DNA of 64,000 bases from the sequence record OQ721909. The stretch is one strand, 5' to 3'. A program made the position numbers and the translations under genes. Numbering within the stretch: position 1 is the first letter of the stretch; every line of letters begins with the position of its first letter. Positions 18,480 to 28,287 of this stretch are shown one piece after another. Under the pieces are notes generated by a model that did not search any database, was not told the DNA's origin, and worked only from the letters and a program-made list of their open reading frames with translations. This stretch comes from Escherichia phage vB_VIPECOOM01.

Positions 18480-18772
18480 TATTCACCTACCACTTCAGCG
18501 ATGATATTTTTATTATTAAAGTTTTTATCGCAATATAGAACATAATTATACTGCATTACACCACCAGACTTAAGCTGTTTTTGCACTTCAGCTTTCATTT
18601 CAGGACGATCACGCTCAACGATATTCATAATATCTGCTTCAATTTGAGTTTCAACTTCAGTCTGATCTGCAGTCATAGACCATTCACACAAGTCTTTATC
18701 ATAACCTGCCATAGCAGGCTGAGCAGCGCAAGAAGATAAAGCAAAAATTGCAGCAAAGATAAATTTTTTCAT
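18479..18772 (-). CDS. sp: periplasmic Spackle-like protein
   Basis: 97 aa with signal peptide MKKFIFAAIFALSSCAAQPAMA; length and position match T4 sp. Confidence 0.55.
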   Translation of the reverse strand: MKKFIFAAIFALSSCAAQPAMAGYDKDLCEWSMTADQTEVETQIEADIMNIVERDRPEMKAEVQKQLKSGGVMQYNYVLYCDKNFNNKNIIAEVVGE

Positions 18773-18832
18773 GATAATCTCCTCAGTAGTTTATGTTTAT
18801 ATAGTATCTCAATTTCCAACAAAAGTAAACAG

Positions 18833-19132
18833 TTATTTTAAAACTTCTGCATAATCACATGTTACAAACTGTTTCTCTAACTTGATGATTTTACGAAAGT
18901 ATCTTTTACATTGGCGAATCTGTCGCTTCGTAGGGCGCACAGCAAACTTAATAAATTCCACTCGACCAAATGGAGGACTTTCTTCTGCTGGAATATCTAA
19001 CACCAATTCCCACGTATCCGCAATAAGTGCCTTGAATTGAGTATTTTTCCTGACGTTATACGGAGTAGGTTTAAATAAAACAATGTGCATATTATCCTCG
19101 GCAATCAACTTCACATACTTTCTTATCATCAA
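18833..19132 (-). CDS. basic small protein (61.4 position), possible TifA-like RNA-binding anti-toxin factor
   Basis: 99 aa with basic C-terminus; directly downstream of dmd; assignment from position and memory. Confidence 0.35.
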   Translation of the reverse strand: MMIRKYVKLIAEDNMHIVLFKPTPYNVRKNTQFKALIADTWELVLDIPAEESPPFGRVEFIKFAVRPTKRQIRQCKRYFRKIIKLEKQFVTCDYAEVLK

Positions 19133-19274
19133 TGAAAGCTTTAACTAGTGCTTTATTAACTTCAGCATATTGAGTAGTAGCCCATTGAACGTCATCTTTC
19201 ATCATTGTGATTTCTTTAGTAAACATGCTTTCATTCTTAAACCACCCCATAAAAACTACCTTTACCAATTCCAT
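19092..19274 (-). CDS. dmd: Dmd, antitoxin against RnlA/LsoA
   Basis: 60 aa, length and position (between 61.x and 41) as T4 Dmd. Confidence 0.65.
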   Translation of the reverse strand: MELVKVVFMGWFKNESMFTKEITMMKDDVQWATTQYAEVNKALVKAFIDDKKVCEVDCRG

Positions 19275-19303
19275 AACAATCTCCTCATTTAACCAACAAG
19301 ACT

Positions 19304-19333
19304 ACTATACCATAGTCTTGTCAGCTTGTAAAC
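19304..19333 (-). promoter_or_regulatory. early promoter upstream of dmd
   Basis: GTTTAC, 18 nt, TATAGT between gene 41 stop and dmd start. Confidence 0.5.
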
Positions 19334-20760
19334 TAAAATTTTAATTCATTTGCCAAAGCATCTAACTGAGCTCGAGCCGATTCATTTCTTTGATAGCGGT
19401 TCTGCTCAGCCTGAATCTGCTGTGAACCTGCTACTTCGTTCACTTCAGTTGGAGTAGAATCTTGTTCAATTTCTACCCATTTCTGATTTCCTTTTTGAAC
19501 ACCCATCAAAAACTTATTCCATTTATTCTTATCACCATATCGTGATTTGATTTGCTTAATGAGTTGTTGTTCAGCAGCTGCTAGCTCCTCGGTTTCAATG
19601 ACCGCAAGCATAAAATCGGCTGTTGCTGGAAGACCGGCAGATTCTGCAATATCGCTCATGTTAACATCAGAAGAATCCCAAGCTTGCTTACCAACCTGTG
19701 CTGCAGTCCAAAGAACAGTTTCGGTTTCAACAGCAAGAGCACGCAATTCTTCTGCGATGGCTTTAACAGTTGTGTAACTATTTTCTGAATAAACTCTAAT
19801 GCGGCAAGATTTACAAATACCTAGATAGTCAACAATAATGATTGTTGGAACAAAATTCTTCTTGAGCTTCAATTCGTTTAAAAGCGACCGAAATGTATTA
19901 GCATCTGCTCCACCAGTAGGATATTGCTTAACGATTAAACGTCCAAGAGTAGATTTCTCACGCCATTTTTCCATTTTTCCTTTATATTCAGCGTAAGAAA
20001 TATGCCCATCATCAATGTCATCAAGAGAAACATCGAGCATATTAGCATCAATACGTTTAGCACAGACTTCTTCTGCCATTTCCATTGAAATGTAAAGAAC
20101 ATTATGACCGAGCTGTAAATAATCTGCTGCCAATGAACACAGACCTAATGACTTACCAACGTTAACACCAGCCATTAAAACGTTCAGTGTTCCAGTTTCA
20201 GCTCCGCCTTTAGTAATTTTGTTTAGAATTTTGAGTTTAAATGGAACCTTACGAGCTTTATTCATATAAGATAGCCAACGTGCTTCGTAGTCATCCATCC
20301 AATCATGACCAACGTAACTATCAAATGAAATTGATAATGCTTGACGCATGATGTCAGGAATAGCACCTACATCTGGCATTTTCTTATTTCGTTTTTCCGG
20401 AGGAAGCTCAGCATTAGTTTGAATTTCAATTATTTTAGACGTAGCATTAAACATCGCCCTTTGCTGAACATATTTTTCTGTTTCTTTTACTAACCAGCTG
20501 TGGTCTTCCGGAGAATCGGTTAGTTTTGAAATAAGTGTTTTTACACCAGAATATTCTGTTTCAGTAAATGAACTATTTTCTAATGCAACATTTAACGCAT
20601 TAATAGATGGAACGCTATGGTACTCATTAACATGAGATTTAATTAATTTGAATGTATTTTTAGCTGGACCACTTTCAAAATATTCTGAATCCATATATGG
20701 CCAAACTTTTGAAAAATAAGCTTGATCAAATATGAGATGAGAAAGAATAATTTCTACCAC
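19333..20760 (-). CDS. 41: replicative DNA helicase gp41
   Basis: 475 aa as T4 gp41; Walker A GVNVGKS; GTG start with AAGGAG SD. Confidence 0.9.
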   Translation of the reverse strand: MVEIILSHLIFDQAYFSKVWPYMDSEYFESGPAKNTFKLIKSHVNEYHSVPSINALNVALENSSFTETEYSGVKTLISKLTDSPEDHSWLVKETEKYVQQRAMFNATSKIIEIQTNAELPPEKRNKKMPDVGAIPDIMRQALSISFDSYVGHDWMDDYEARWLSYMNKARKVPFKLKILNKITKGGAETGTLNVLMAGVNVGKSLGLCSLAADYLQLGHNVLYISMEMAEEVCAKRIDANMLDVSLDDIDDGHISYAEYKGKMEKWREKSTLGRLIVKQYPTGGADANTFRSLLNELKLKKNFVPTIIIVDYLGICKSCRIRVYSENSYTTVKAIAEELRALAVETETVLWTAAQVGKQAWDSSDVNMSDIAESAGLPATADFMLAVIETEELAAAEQQLIKQIKSRYGDKNKWNKFLMGVQKGNQKWVEIEQDSTPTEVNEVAGSQQIQAEQNRYQRNESARAQLDALANELKF

Positions 20761-20769
20761 ACTTACTCC

Positions 20770-21132
20770 TTAAAAGAATTTAAATTTTTTCTTTGACCTT
20801 TTATTAAATGCATCTTGTAGTTGCATTGTAATACATTTTTCTACATGAGGAGCTAACTCAGCTTTTCTTTCTTGGTCAAGAACAGCAAAGTCCATTATGA
20901 CTTTTCCATCAACCCAATCTAATTTTGTCACATACACAATGTGTGTAGAACCATCTTCTAGTTTAATGACAATCTCCTGGATAACATTTTCCATGGCAGA
21001 TTTAATTATCTTAAGAGATTCATTAAAAAGACGTTCTTTTCTTTCTTCTTCCCCCTCCGAAGAGGGGGATTCATCGATAATTTCTAGATTTAAATCTAAA
21101 TCATCTTTATTCATTAAATTCTTCCATATCAC
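20770..21132 (-). CDS. 40: gp40 head vertex assembly chaperone
   Basis: 120 aa between uvsX and 41. Confidence 0.55.
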   Translation of the reverse strand: MIWKNLMNKDDLDLNLEIIDESPSSEGEEERKERLFNESLKIIKSAMENVIQEIVIKLEDGSTHIVYVTKLDWVDGKVIMDFAVLDQERKAELAPHVEKCITMQLQDAFNKRSKKKFKFF

Positions 21133-22288
21133 TTAACTGATCTAGGTCAGTTTCTAAATCAGCTGCTGATTTACTTTTACTTTCTGGAGATTTAAATTTT
21201 TCAACCTTTGAGTTAATCAATTCATCAACTTCAGCTTCAACAATTTCATTACTATCAATAGCACCTAACTGATAAGCACGTTTAATAGCATCTCGGAATG
21301 GTTGATGCTTAAATAAAGGACCCCAGAATGTAGTACAGTTGGTATCTTTTGCACGCCAAGATTTTTCTTCGCGAATCATCTCGCCGGTTTCTTCGTCAAG
21401 AAATTCACGAGCATACCAGCCATTTTTAGGTTTTACCACAAATCCTAATTCAAGAGCCATATCTAACAATCCAGAATAAGGATCGATGCCACCGTCAAAT
21501 TTAACATCAATAAAGAATTTACTTTTTTCTTTAACGGTACGAGATTTTTCTACATTTAGAACAAATTGATACCCCTGAAGATCAGAACCATCTTTAATCT
21601 GGCGCTTACCGATAATGAATACAGTATCAGCCGAATACATTACGCCTGTACCACCTGTCATCACGGTTTTACTAAACATTTCAATTGTTTCAATTGTATG
21701 GTTAACCGCAACACACGGAATGTTTTTAATACTAAAATAAGGAGTAACAATACGGAATAATGACTTCAGCGATTTAGCACGAGTCATATCTGCCACAGAT
21801 TTTTCATTCAAGGCATCTTCCGTTTCTTTCTTAGAAGCCATATTACCGATTGAGTCGATGAATACAATAACTTTTTCACCGCGCTCAATAGCTTCAAGCT
21901 GATTCACCATATCAATTTTCAGTTGTTCAACTGACTGGATTGGTGTATGAATTACTCGTTCCGGGTCAACTCCCATGGATCGCAAATAAGCTGGAGTAAT
22001 ACCAAATTCGCTATCATAGAATAAACAAACCGCATCAGGATATTTGTTCAAATACGCCGCAACCATAGTCAAAGACATATTTGATTTAAAGTGTTTAGAA
22101 GGACCTGCAAAAATGGTTAAACCAGACTGCATACCGCCATCAATTGCACCGGAAATAGCAATATTAAGCATTGGGATTTTTGTACGGATTACATCCTTTT
22201 CATTAAAGAATTTAGATGTAGTCAGTTCAGCAGTCATTTTAGAAGTGGAAGCTTTAATCAAACGGGATTTTAAATCTGCAATAGACAT
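21107..22288 (-). CDS. uvsX: UvsX recombinase (RecA-like)
   Basis: 393 aa vs 391 aa in T4; RecA-fold; ATG checked. Confidence 0.9.
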   Translation of the reverse strand: MSIADLKSRLIKASTSKMTAELTTSKFFNEKDVIRTKIPMLNIAISGAIDGGMQSGLTIFAGPSKHFKSNMSLTMVAAYLNKYPDAVCLFYDSEFGITPAYLRSMGVDPERVIHTPIQSVEQLKIDMVNQLEAIERGEKVIVFIDSIGNMASKKETEDALNEKSVADMTRAKSLKSLFRIVTPYFSIKNIPCVAVNHTIETIEMFSKTVMTGGTGVMYSADTVFIIGKRQIKDGSDLQGYQFVLNVEKSRTVKEKSKFFIDVKFDGGIDPYSGLLDMALELGFVVKPKNGWYAREFLDEETGEMIREEKSWRAKDTNCTTFWGPLFKHQPFRDAIKRAYQLGAIDSNEIVEAEVDELINSKVEKFKSPESKSKSAADLETDLDQLSDMEEFNE

Positions 22289-22365
22289 TCATTTTTTCCA
22301 TAGGCATCATTATATTTTCCTCACTGGTTAAAGATAGAGTAATTATAACACAATAAATTTAGGCA

Positions 22366-23214
22366 TTAATCAACTGCTATTGGATGAATAGCATTAAACT
22401 TATGAAACGCTTCTGATTTTTCTTTGCGCGAAACACACATGCGAAGAACCTTTAATGGCTCGTCTTCTTCACCTAATGATTTTCGTTTTTCAATATTAGA
22501 TGTTTTCCAACGAGCTTGCTCTGGAAATTCTCTATTGATTTGCTCGAGCGCTCTATTATGTTTTGAATTACTACGAATTGAACTACATCCGCCAGGAGCC
22601 TGTGCTTTTCCGGATACAACCAGATATTTGAACAAAGCCAAATGCGGATAACCTTGATTAATTAAATTGAGAAATGCATACATATCTTCGCATAAATCAA
22701 TTTTTCCATACCCAATTTGTTCTGTTGTAAGTTTTCCGAGGTCATACCAGGTATTCGTGAATCCATATGAATTTTCACGATAATTACCCCAAGATGAAGT
22801 AATTTTAAAAATTGGTAGACGAGCATGGCCATGATAATACCCGCAATCCATAGCATCTTCCACGTATTGAATCAATTCATAGAACTGTTCACGGGTTAAT
22901 TGATTAATTTTATCTACGCAGCGACGATCATCTTTCTTTCGCATTGAACTCATACGAATAGTAGTATCATCATCGATCATCCAAATTCGTTGACCTGCAT
23001 ACATATCAGTAATTGCTTTACGAGTACCAGCAATTCCATTAACATCATCAGGAATAGTTATAATTTTAGCTCTAGACCCGTAAGCGTCATAATAAGCTTT
23101 TTCTTCGTGTTTACGTATTACAATATGAGGTTCATAATCAGATGGAAACATATCAAGGGCAGAAACTGCCCCTACGCGTTGATAGCTTGGAATTACGAAT
23201 TGAATCATTTCCAC
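22366..23214 (-). CDS. GT-A-type glycosyltransferase at the beta-gt locus (candidate beta-glucosyl-HMC alpha-glucosyltransferase)
   Basis: 282 aa with WMIDDDT (DXD) motif; T4 beta-gt is 351 aa. Confidence 0.55.
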   Translation of the reverse strand: MEMIQFVIPSYQRVGAVSALDMFPSDYEPHIVIRKHEEKAYYDAYGSRAKIITIPDDVNGIAGTRKAITDMYAGQRIWMIDDDTTIRMSSMRKKDDRRCVDKINQLTREQFYELIQYVEDAMDCGYYHGHARLPIFKITSSWGNYRENSYGFTNTWYDLGKLTTEQIGYGKIDLCEDMYAFLNLINQGYPHLALFKYLVVSGKAQAPGGCSSIRSNSKHNRALEQINREFPEQARWKTSNIEKRKSLGEEDEPLKVLRMCVSRKEKSEAFHKFNAIHPIAVD

Positions 23215-23945
23215 TCACCGTTATAATCTTTTTTCGCAATATGAGTTTCGCCAGTTTTCCACCAATGGTCAACCAAGTAAAAATGACGGGAATACACATG
23301 AAGACTTCCGACATTCCATATAATAGAACCTGCTTTATACTGACGAGTTGAATCACCTGCGTTCAAATCAGATACTAATTTATCTAGTACGTATTTTTGC
23401 CACGCATAATCATTACGGAATCCGAAGACCACGTCATTTGAGCGCATGTTAACTACTGCATTGACTTTCTTATCACGAATCAGGTACTGTACTGTATTAG
23501 TACACATGAAATCTGACATACCATCTTTATTGTAGTCAAACTGCATGGATGGACGAGTATAAATCATGATACCACGTCGAGAATCAGGATTTTGACCAAG
23601 TTCAGCTAAACACATATCATACTGGGCATAGTTATCTTCTGACCAGATGGCCCAACCATAATTCGAGTTAATTTCGCCTTTAGAAGATGCTACCTGTTGC
23701 CAAATCTTCGGTGTTTCACCTGGAATATCTTTAACAAACAAGCTTTGAGACTTATACCATTCAAGTTCACGCTGAATGTATTCATCATTAAGAGCGCCAA
23801 AAATAAAAGGTTCATCTGCTACAAATGATGCACCAATAATTTCAATAGTTTTAACACCAGTTTTATCAATTACGAAATCTTTTTCCTTTAATGCAATTCC
23901 CAAATGAAGACGGATTTCTTCAACTGTCATAGAGTCATTAATCAT
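23205..23945 (-). CDS. 42: dCMP hydroxymethylase gp42
   Basis: 246 aa as T4 gp42; thymidylate-synthase-like; ATG checked. Confidence 0.9.
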   Translation of the reverse strand: MINDSMTVEEIRLHLGIALKEKDFVIDKTGVKTIEIIGASFVADEPFIFGALNDEYIQRELEWYKSQSLFVKDIPGETPKIWQQVASSKGEINSNYGWAIWSEDNYAQYDMCLAELGQNPDSRRGIMIYTRPSMQFDYNKDGMSDFMCTNTVQYLIRDKKVNAVVNMRSNDVVFGFRNDYAWQKYVLDKLVSDLNAGDSTRQYKAGSIIWNVGSLHVYSRHFYLVDHWWKTGETHIAKKDYNGEWK

Positions 23946-23952
23946 TTAAACC

Positions 23953-24102
23953 TCAATTGATACATTCATATTTAACTTGTAACAGTAATAAACTCCACCC
24001 TATAATAAGCGTTGGAATCATACAAGGAACTGCTACGCTATAGTATATACTTATTATAATCATCAAGATTAAAAGCAATACTGCTAAAATTTTGCTTTTC
24101 AT
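23953..24102 (-). CDS. small hydrophobic peptide (49 aa), missing from the ORF track
   Basis: Hand translation MKSKILAVLLLILMIIISIYYSVAVPCMIPTLIIGWSLLLLQVKYECIN; ATGA overlap with imm stop. Confidence 0.35.
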   Translation of the reverse strand: MKSKILAVLLLILMIIISIYYSVAVPCMIPTLIIGWSLLLLQVKYECIN

Positions 24103-24350
24103 TCCTTCTCTCTGATGATAATTACTTGATTTGGCTGTGTTGACTTTTTAGTTTCACCCGCAATTGACCAAATAAAGGTAATAAACCAACCAATAATTGA
24201 CCAGTTAAACAGTAAAGATGTGAAAAAGATTCCTACTGTCGATTTTGACCCACGCATCAAGGCGATGAACCACGGAAGCATGTATATAATAATAGCCAAC
24301 ACACCTGAAACTAAAACCATAAAAATTGAACCTGCTACTAAAGTTTCCAT
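24099..24350 (-). CDS. imm: Imm superinfection immunity membrane protein
   Basis: 83 aa as T4 Imm, two hydrophobic helices, position between 42 and 43. Confidence 0.75.
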   Translation of the reverse strand: METLVAGSIFMVLVSGVLAIIIYMLPWFIALMRGSKSTVGIFFTSLLFNWSIIGWFITFIWSIAGETKKSTQPNQVIIIREKE

Positions 24351-24357
24351 GTTTTCC

Positions 24358-24738
24358 TCACTTAGTCAAATTTTTTACACATGAATTATAAGAATTCACT
24401 ACATACTCCATCGGAGCATTTTTACCAGTACGCCACTGGTAATTATTAGCCCAATTTGCCCAAAGCACGGCGCAGTAGTTTTCAATTTTTTCTTCGCGTG
24501 TAATTACATCCGAATTACGATATGCTTGAGCAGATTCATCTGGACGAATAGCTTCGTCAAAATTCGCCTGCATTTGTTCTACTGTCTGTTTTGGAGCTTC
24601 TTTATAACACTTAACATTAGGATTATAAAATTTGCTTGAACAGTTTACAATTTTTCCTACATCAGACTGATTTACTACTGGTCCTTGAGCTACACAACCA
24701 GTAAGACCCAATGCAATAACCAAAATAGCGATTTTCAT
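24358..24738 (-). CDS. lipoprotein (imm.1 position)
   Basis: 126 aa from ATG at 24738; lipobox LGLTGC; track extension is translated promoter/leader. Confidence 0.5.
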   Translation of the reverse strand: MKIAILVIALGLTGCVAQGPVVNQSDVGKIVNCSSKFYNPNVKCYKEAPKQTVEQMQANFDEAIRPDESAQAYRNSDVITREEKIENYCAVLWANWANNYQWRTGKNAPMEYVVNSYNSCVKNLTK

Positions 24739-24830
24739 TTCATTCTCCAAATCCGCATCAGTTGATAGTTGTATAGTACCATGGAAGAACAGAGATGTAA
24801 ACAGTTTTGTGAAAAATTTTTTAATGAATT
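24739..24830 (-). promoter_or_regulatory. conserved promoter-leader cassette, copy B
   Basis: AAAAATTTTTCACAAAACTGTTTAC, 18 nt, TACTAT, leader CAACTATCAACTGATGCGGATTTGGAGAATGAAATG. Confidence 0.55.
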
Positions 24831-24890
24831 CCGGAGGTCCAGAATCATCTATTTTTCCTAAGTATAGATTTATATTACTTGTATGAAAAA

Positions 24891-24906
24891 GGGACCCGGA
24901 GGTCCC
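24891..24906 (-). terminator. tetraloop hairpin after gene 43
   Basis: GGGACC-UCCG-GGUCCC, 14 nt after the gene 43 stop. Confidence 0.5.
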
Positions 24907-24919
24907 TAGATTTATTCTA

Positions 24920-27616
24920 TCAGCCAAACAGGAAGTCTAACGAAGCTTTTTCCTCATAGTCCATACCTGCCGATTCACACATACCCGCAAGCGGTTTAAC
25001 AAACGATTTTTGGAACAAAGTTGAGTAGTCAATCCAAGACAGTACATCAGAACGAATTTCTTTTGGAAGTTCCGTACCCGACGGCCAAGCAATACACTTG
25101 TCACCAAATGGATTTCCCTCACGTAATGGAAGAACCATTACCTTATTTCCATCCAAAATTGGAGCTACACCTAAACCACTAACAGCTCGACGATAAGTTA
25201 GCACCCCACGAATGTGGAACGGGCATTTAAATCCTGGCCAACCTTTATCGTCATATTTCGCTATATCGTTCGCGGTTTTTACTTCAGCAATAACTTTATA
25301 ATCAAGTTGACGATATTCTTTCTCAAAGTTCTTGTAGTATTCTTGGACAGACTCTTCACCTTCTTGAAGAATACGACGAATACTTTCTTCGAGAGCTTCT
25401 TGTACTGCTTTTGGTGTTGAACTCTGCTGAGTTTCCATACCCATGATTTTTAGATGTGGTTCAGCAAATCGCTTATCTTCCATATCATAAACGTTCAGAG
25501 CATAACGTTTTTTCGCTTTCCAAAATCCACCGACGCCCTTTGAACCAAGTGGAGGGCAAGAAATAGCTTCACGGTCCATATGCATCAGATGCTCGCGGTT
25601 ATTCATATAATCACATAACTCACGATATGCAACATCAATCATAGGTTCCATCTTTTTCTTACCAAACTGATTCATAAATTCAACTAAATCATTTTGTTCT
25701 TTAAAGCGGTCAAGACCTACTTTTTCAATAACTTTATCTACGCAGACATATACCGAATCAGTATCACCTGCTGCGATGAAATCTTCACCATCAGTTCCAC
25801 ATACTTTATTCAGATATTCATTAATTTTACGAGCAATCCACTGAATACCAACTTGACCAAAAATTGTGATAGCAGTAGCATTTCGCAAATCATAATAGCG
25901 GAAATGAATGTTACCAAGAGCACCATAAAGACTGTTAATAAGAATTTTACGGTTCAGCTGATTTGTGTTAGCAAGTGTAGCTGCTTTTTCACATTCTTCG
26001 ATCAGACTATTAAGAACAGATTCGGTGTAATTCGACAATTCGTTTAAGAAATCATCATTGAACTTAACATATCGTTCAACTTCTGGTTTAGTTGAGCAAG
26101 ACCCTGCACCTTTCATAATAATCTTTTTAATAGCTTCGGCATTCATTTCTTCAGCGAACATTTTCTTTTTCCAGTCTTTACGCTGGAAAAATACTTTAGC
26201 GATTTCCTTTGGAATGATACCTTCTTGATGCTTATCATACATCCATCCATTCGGAGAACAAGAATATTCATCACTTGGCTTAGGAGCTGTTCCTGCGATG
26301 TATTCATGAATTGGATGAACTTTAAACTGTCCACGAATAGTTTCAGGACTAATGTTAACCTGACGAATAATGCTAGGATACAGAGACGTCAAGTCAAAAC
26401 TCATAATGTATCGACGAGCAATCGGTTTAGGTTCAAATACAAATGCACCTGGAAAACTCTGTTTAACGTGCGAACCTTGTTGAGGAATAACCTTGTGTTC
26501 ACCTTTCAACGAGTTAAAAATAATAGCATCCCAAGTTTTAATAGGACTCATTACGCCAGAAAAAGGCATTTTAGCATAATAAGACATACTTAAAACTAGA
26601 TCGATAAATCCACGAATTTTATCAATTGCTTGAACTGATTCTACGTCAATGATGTTATAACTAATGTATCGTTGATGATTAGTCTCACGAAGTTTATTAA
26701 TAGGACCGTCATATGGTAATTTACCTTTTTTGGTTTCATGTTGAGCAACTGATTCCAAAGAGAACGATGGCAAATTAGTAAATGCGAATTTTTTGTACAA
26801 ATCTAAATAATCAAGAATAGATACGCCATCAATAGAATAAATTTCTTTGCTACCGTACATATTTTGAATTAGTTTAGATTTTACTCGACCGATTGGAGAG
26901 AAGCGTTTCATACTACGTTCACCGAGAACCATTTTAACACGATTCATGATATACGGAACGTCAAATCCCTCAATATTCCAACCGGTAAAAATAGCAGGTC
27001 GTTTCTGTTCCCAGAGATTAATATATTCCATGAGCATATCACGCTCATTATCAAATGGCATATAAATTACTCGGTCAAGAATTTCTTGAGGAACTTCATC
27101 ACCGCCTTCACAGTCAAGTTTAGCAGCTAACTTTGCATCCCATTTTGATACTGAACCGTACATTGAATTCAACAAATCAAAGACGTAAAAACGGTCGTCA
27201 ATTGAATCATAATGAGTGATAGCATCAATTTCATATTCTGCTTTCATTGGGTCAGGAAATTTATCGCCAGTAACCTCAATGTCACAGTTAGCTACACGAA
27301 CAAATTTTCGATCATAAACAATTTCTGAACCATATGTATCACTGATATAAGCGAGTTTAAAATCGTTCATACCGAGAGCTTCGAGACCGATGTCTTCCAT
27401 TCGTTTCATCCAATCTCGGGCATCTTTCATTGATGGAAATTTTTGAGGAGCGCAATTTTTACCATAAATGTCTTTGTATTTTGATTCTTCCTTACAGTGT
27501 CTAAACATAGTCGGAAGATATTCTACTTCACGAGTACGTTCCTTTCCGTTTTCATCAATATAACGTTCAACAATATTATTTCCGACTGTTTCGATAGAGA
27601 TATAAAATTCTTTCAT
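24920..27616 (-). CDS. 43: DNA polymerase gp43 (family B)
   Basis: 898 aa as T4 gp43; ATG checked; operator hairpin upstream. Confidence 0.95.
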   Translation of the reverse strand: MKEFYISIETVGNNIVERYIDENGKERTREVEYLPTMFRHCKEESKYKDIYGKNCAPQKFPSMKDARDWMKRMEDIGLEALGMNDFKLAYISDTYGSEIVYDRKFVRVANCDIEVTGDKFPDPMKAEYEIDAITHYDSIDDRFYVFDLLNSMYGSVSKWDAKLAAKLDCEGGDEVPQEILDRVIYMPFDNERDMLMEYINLWEQKRPAIFTGWNIEGFDVPYIMNRVKMVLGERSMKRFSPIGRVKSKLIQNMYGSKEIYSIDGVSILDYLDLYKKFAFTNLPSFSLESVAQHETKKGKLPYDGPINKLRETNHQRYISYNIIDVESVQAIDKIRGFIDLVLSMSYYAKMPFSGVMSPIKTWDAIIFNSLKGEHKVIPQQGSHVKQSFPGAFVFEPKPIARRYIMSFDLTSLYPSIIRQVNISPETIRGQFKVHPIHEYIAGTAPKPSDEYSCSPNGWMYDKHQEGIIPKEIAKVFFQRKDWKKKMFAEEMNAEAIKKIIMKGAGSCSTKPEVERYVKFNDDFLNELSNYTESVLNSLIEECEKAATLANTNQLNRKILINSLYGALGNIHFRYYDLRNATAITIFGQVGIQWIARKINEYLNKVCGTDGEDFIAAGDTDSVYVCVDKVIEKVGLDRFKEQNDLVEFMNQFGKKKMEPMIDVAYRELCDYMNNREHLMHMDREAISCPPLGSKGVGGFWKAKKRYALNVYDMEDKRFAEPHLKIMGMETQQSSTPKAVQEALEESIRRILQEGEESVQEYYKNFEKEYRQLDYKVIAEVKTANDIAKYDDKGWPGFKCPFHIRGVLTYRRAVSGLGVAPILDGNKVMVLPLREGNPFGDKCIAWPSGTELPKEIRSDVLSWIDYSTLFQKSFVKPLAGMCESAGMDYEEKASLDFLFG

Positions 27617-27619
27617 AGA

Positions 27620-27652
27620 TATTCCTTAGTTTATAGCCCGAGTTATTAGGCT
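27620..27652 (-). promoter_or_regulatory. gene 43 translational operator (gp43 autoregulation hairpin plus SD)
   Basis: mRNA reads GAGCC-UAAUAACUC-GGGCU then AAGGA SD and ATG; loop AAUAACUC matches the known T4 operator. Confidence 0.7.
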
Positions 27653-27676
27653 CTTGATATATTATACTCCAAATAA

Positions 27677-27690
27677 GGGGCCGAAGCCCC
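27677..27690 (-). terminator. UUCG hairpin
   Basis: GGGGC-UUCG-GCCCC after the 27695 stop, followed by -10 TATAAT. Confidence 0.5.
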
Positions 27691-27694
27691 TTGC

Positions 27695-27958
27695 TTAAAT
27701 TAATACCATTTGTCGGTGAAAAATTGTTAATCCATCTGCATTAATTGACTTAACTACTGCAGTAAAATATTTTTGTTCAGGGTGAACTAATTTTTGAAAT
27801 TCTACCTGAAATTTTAGTTGGAGGTTTTCTGGTAAATCAAAAAGTGTTTCTGTTGCAGAAAGATTATATTTTTCTTTAAGAGACGCCATATATTCTTGTG
27901 GGCTTATAGCAGTCATATTAATTACCAATCGTATATTTGGGAACGAGTTTCCATTCAT
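27695..27958 (-). CDS. hypothetical small protein
   Basis: 87-aa ORF overlapping regA 3' end; likely shorter. Confidence 0.3.
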   Translation of the reverse strand: MNGNSFPNIRLVINMTAISPQEYMASLKEKYNLSATETLFDLPENLQLKFQVEFQKLVHPEQKYFTAVVKSINADGLTIFHRQMVLI

Positions 27959-28286
27959 GTTTTTGTTTAAAAGAAATAACTCGGAAGTTATTAGTTAAAT
28001 CTTTCATAAAAGTTCTTTGACCAGGAGCGATTTCGATCAGTCCCCAATCTTCTAACAGCCATGCAATCGAATCACGACGAACTTCATCTTCTTCTGTCAT
28101 TTCAACTTGGCGACCATCCATACGAAGCATTTCTTTAAAATGAACGATATAGTATAGTCCTTTTTTCTGAAGAATGTGGCAGGACTGATACAGAACTTTA
28201 TCTTTATTATTAGCAATTCCCATGCGAGTCAAAGTTTCTTTTACTTTCAGAAAATCTTCAGGTTTTTTAAGAGTAATTTCAATCAT
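27918..28286 (-). CDS. regA: translational repressor RegA
   Basis: 122 aa as T4 RegA; synteny 62-regA-43. Confidence 0.85.
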   Translation of the reverse strand: MIEITLKKPEDFLKVKETLTRMGIANNKDKVLYQSCHILQKKGLYYIVHFKEMLRMDGRQVEMTEEDEVRRDSIAWLLEDWGLIEIAPGQRTFMKDLTNNFRVISFKQKHEWKLVPKYTIGN

Positions 28287-28287
28287 T

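Noticed and set aside
24866-24876. Late-promoter-like TATAAATC upstream of the imm.1 lipoprotein gene
   Set aside because: Only 7 of 8 matches to TATAAATA, and an early promoter cassette already accounts for expression.
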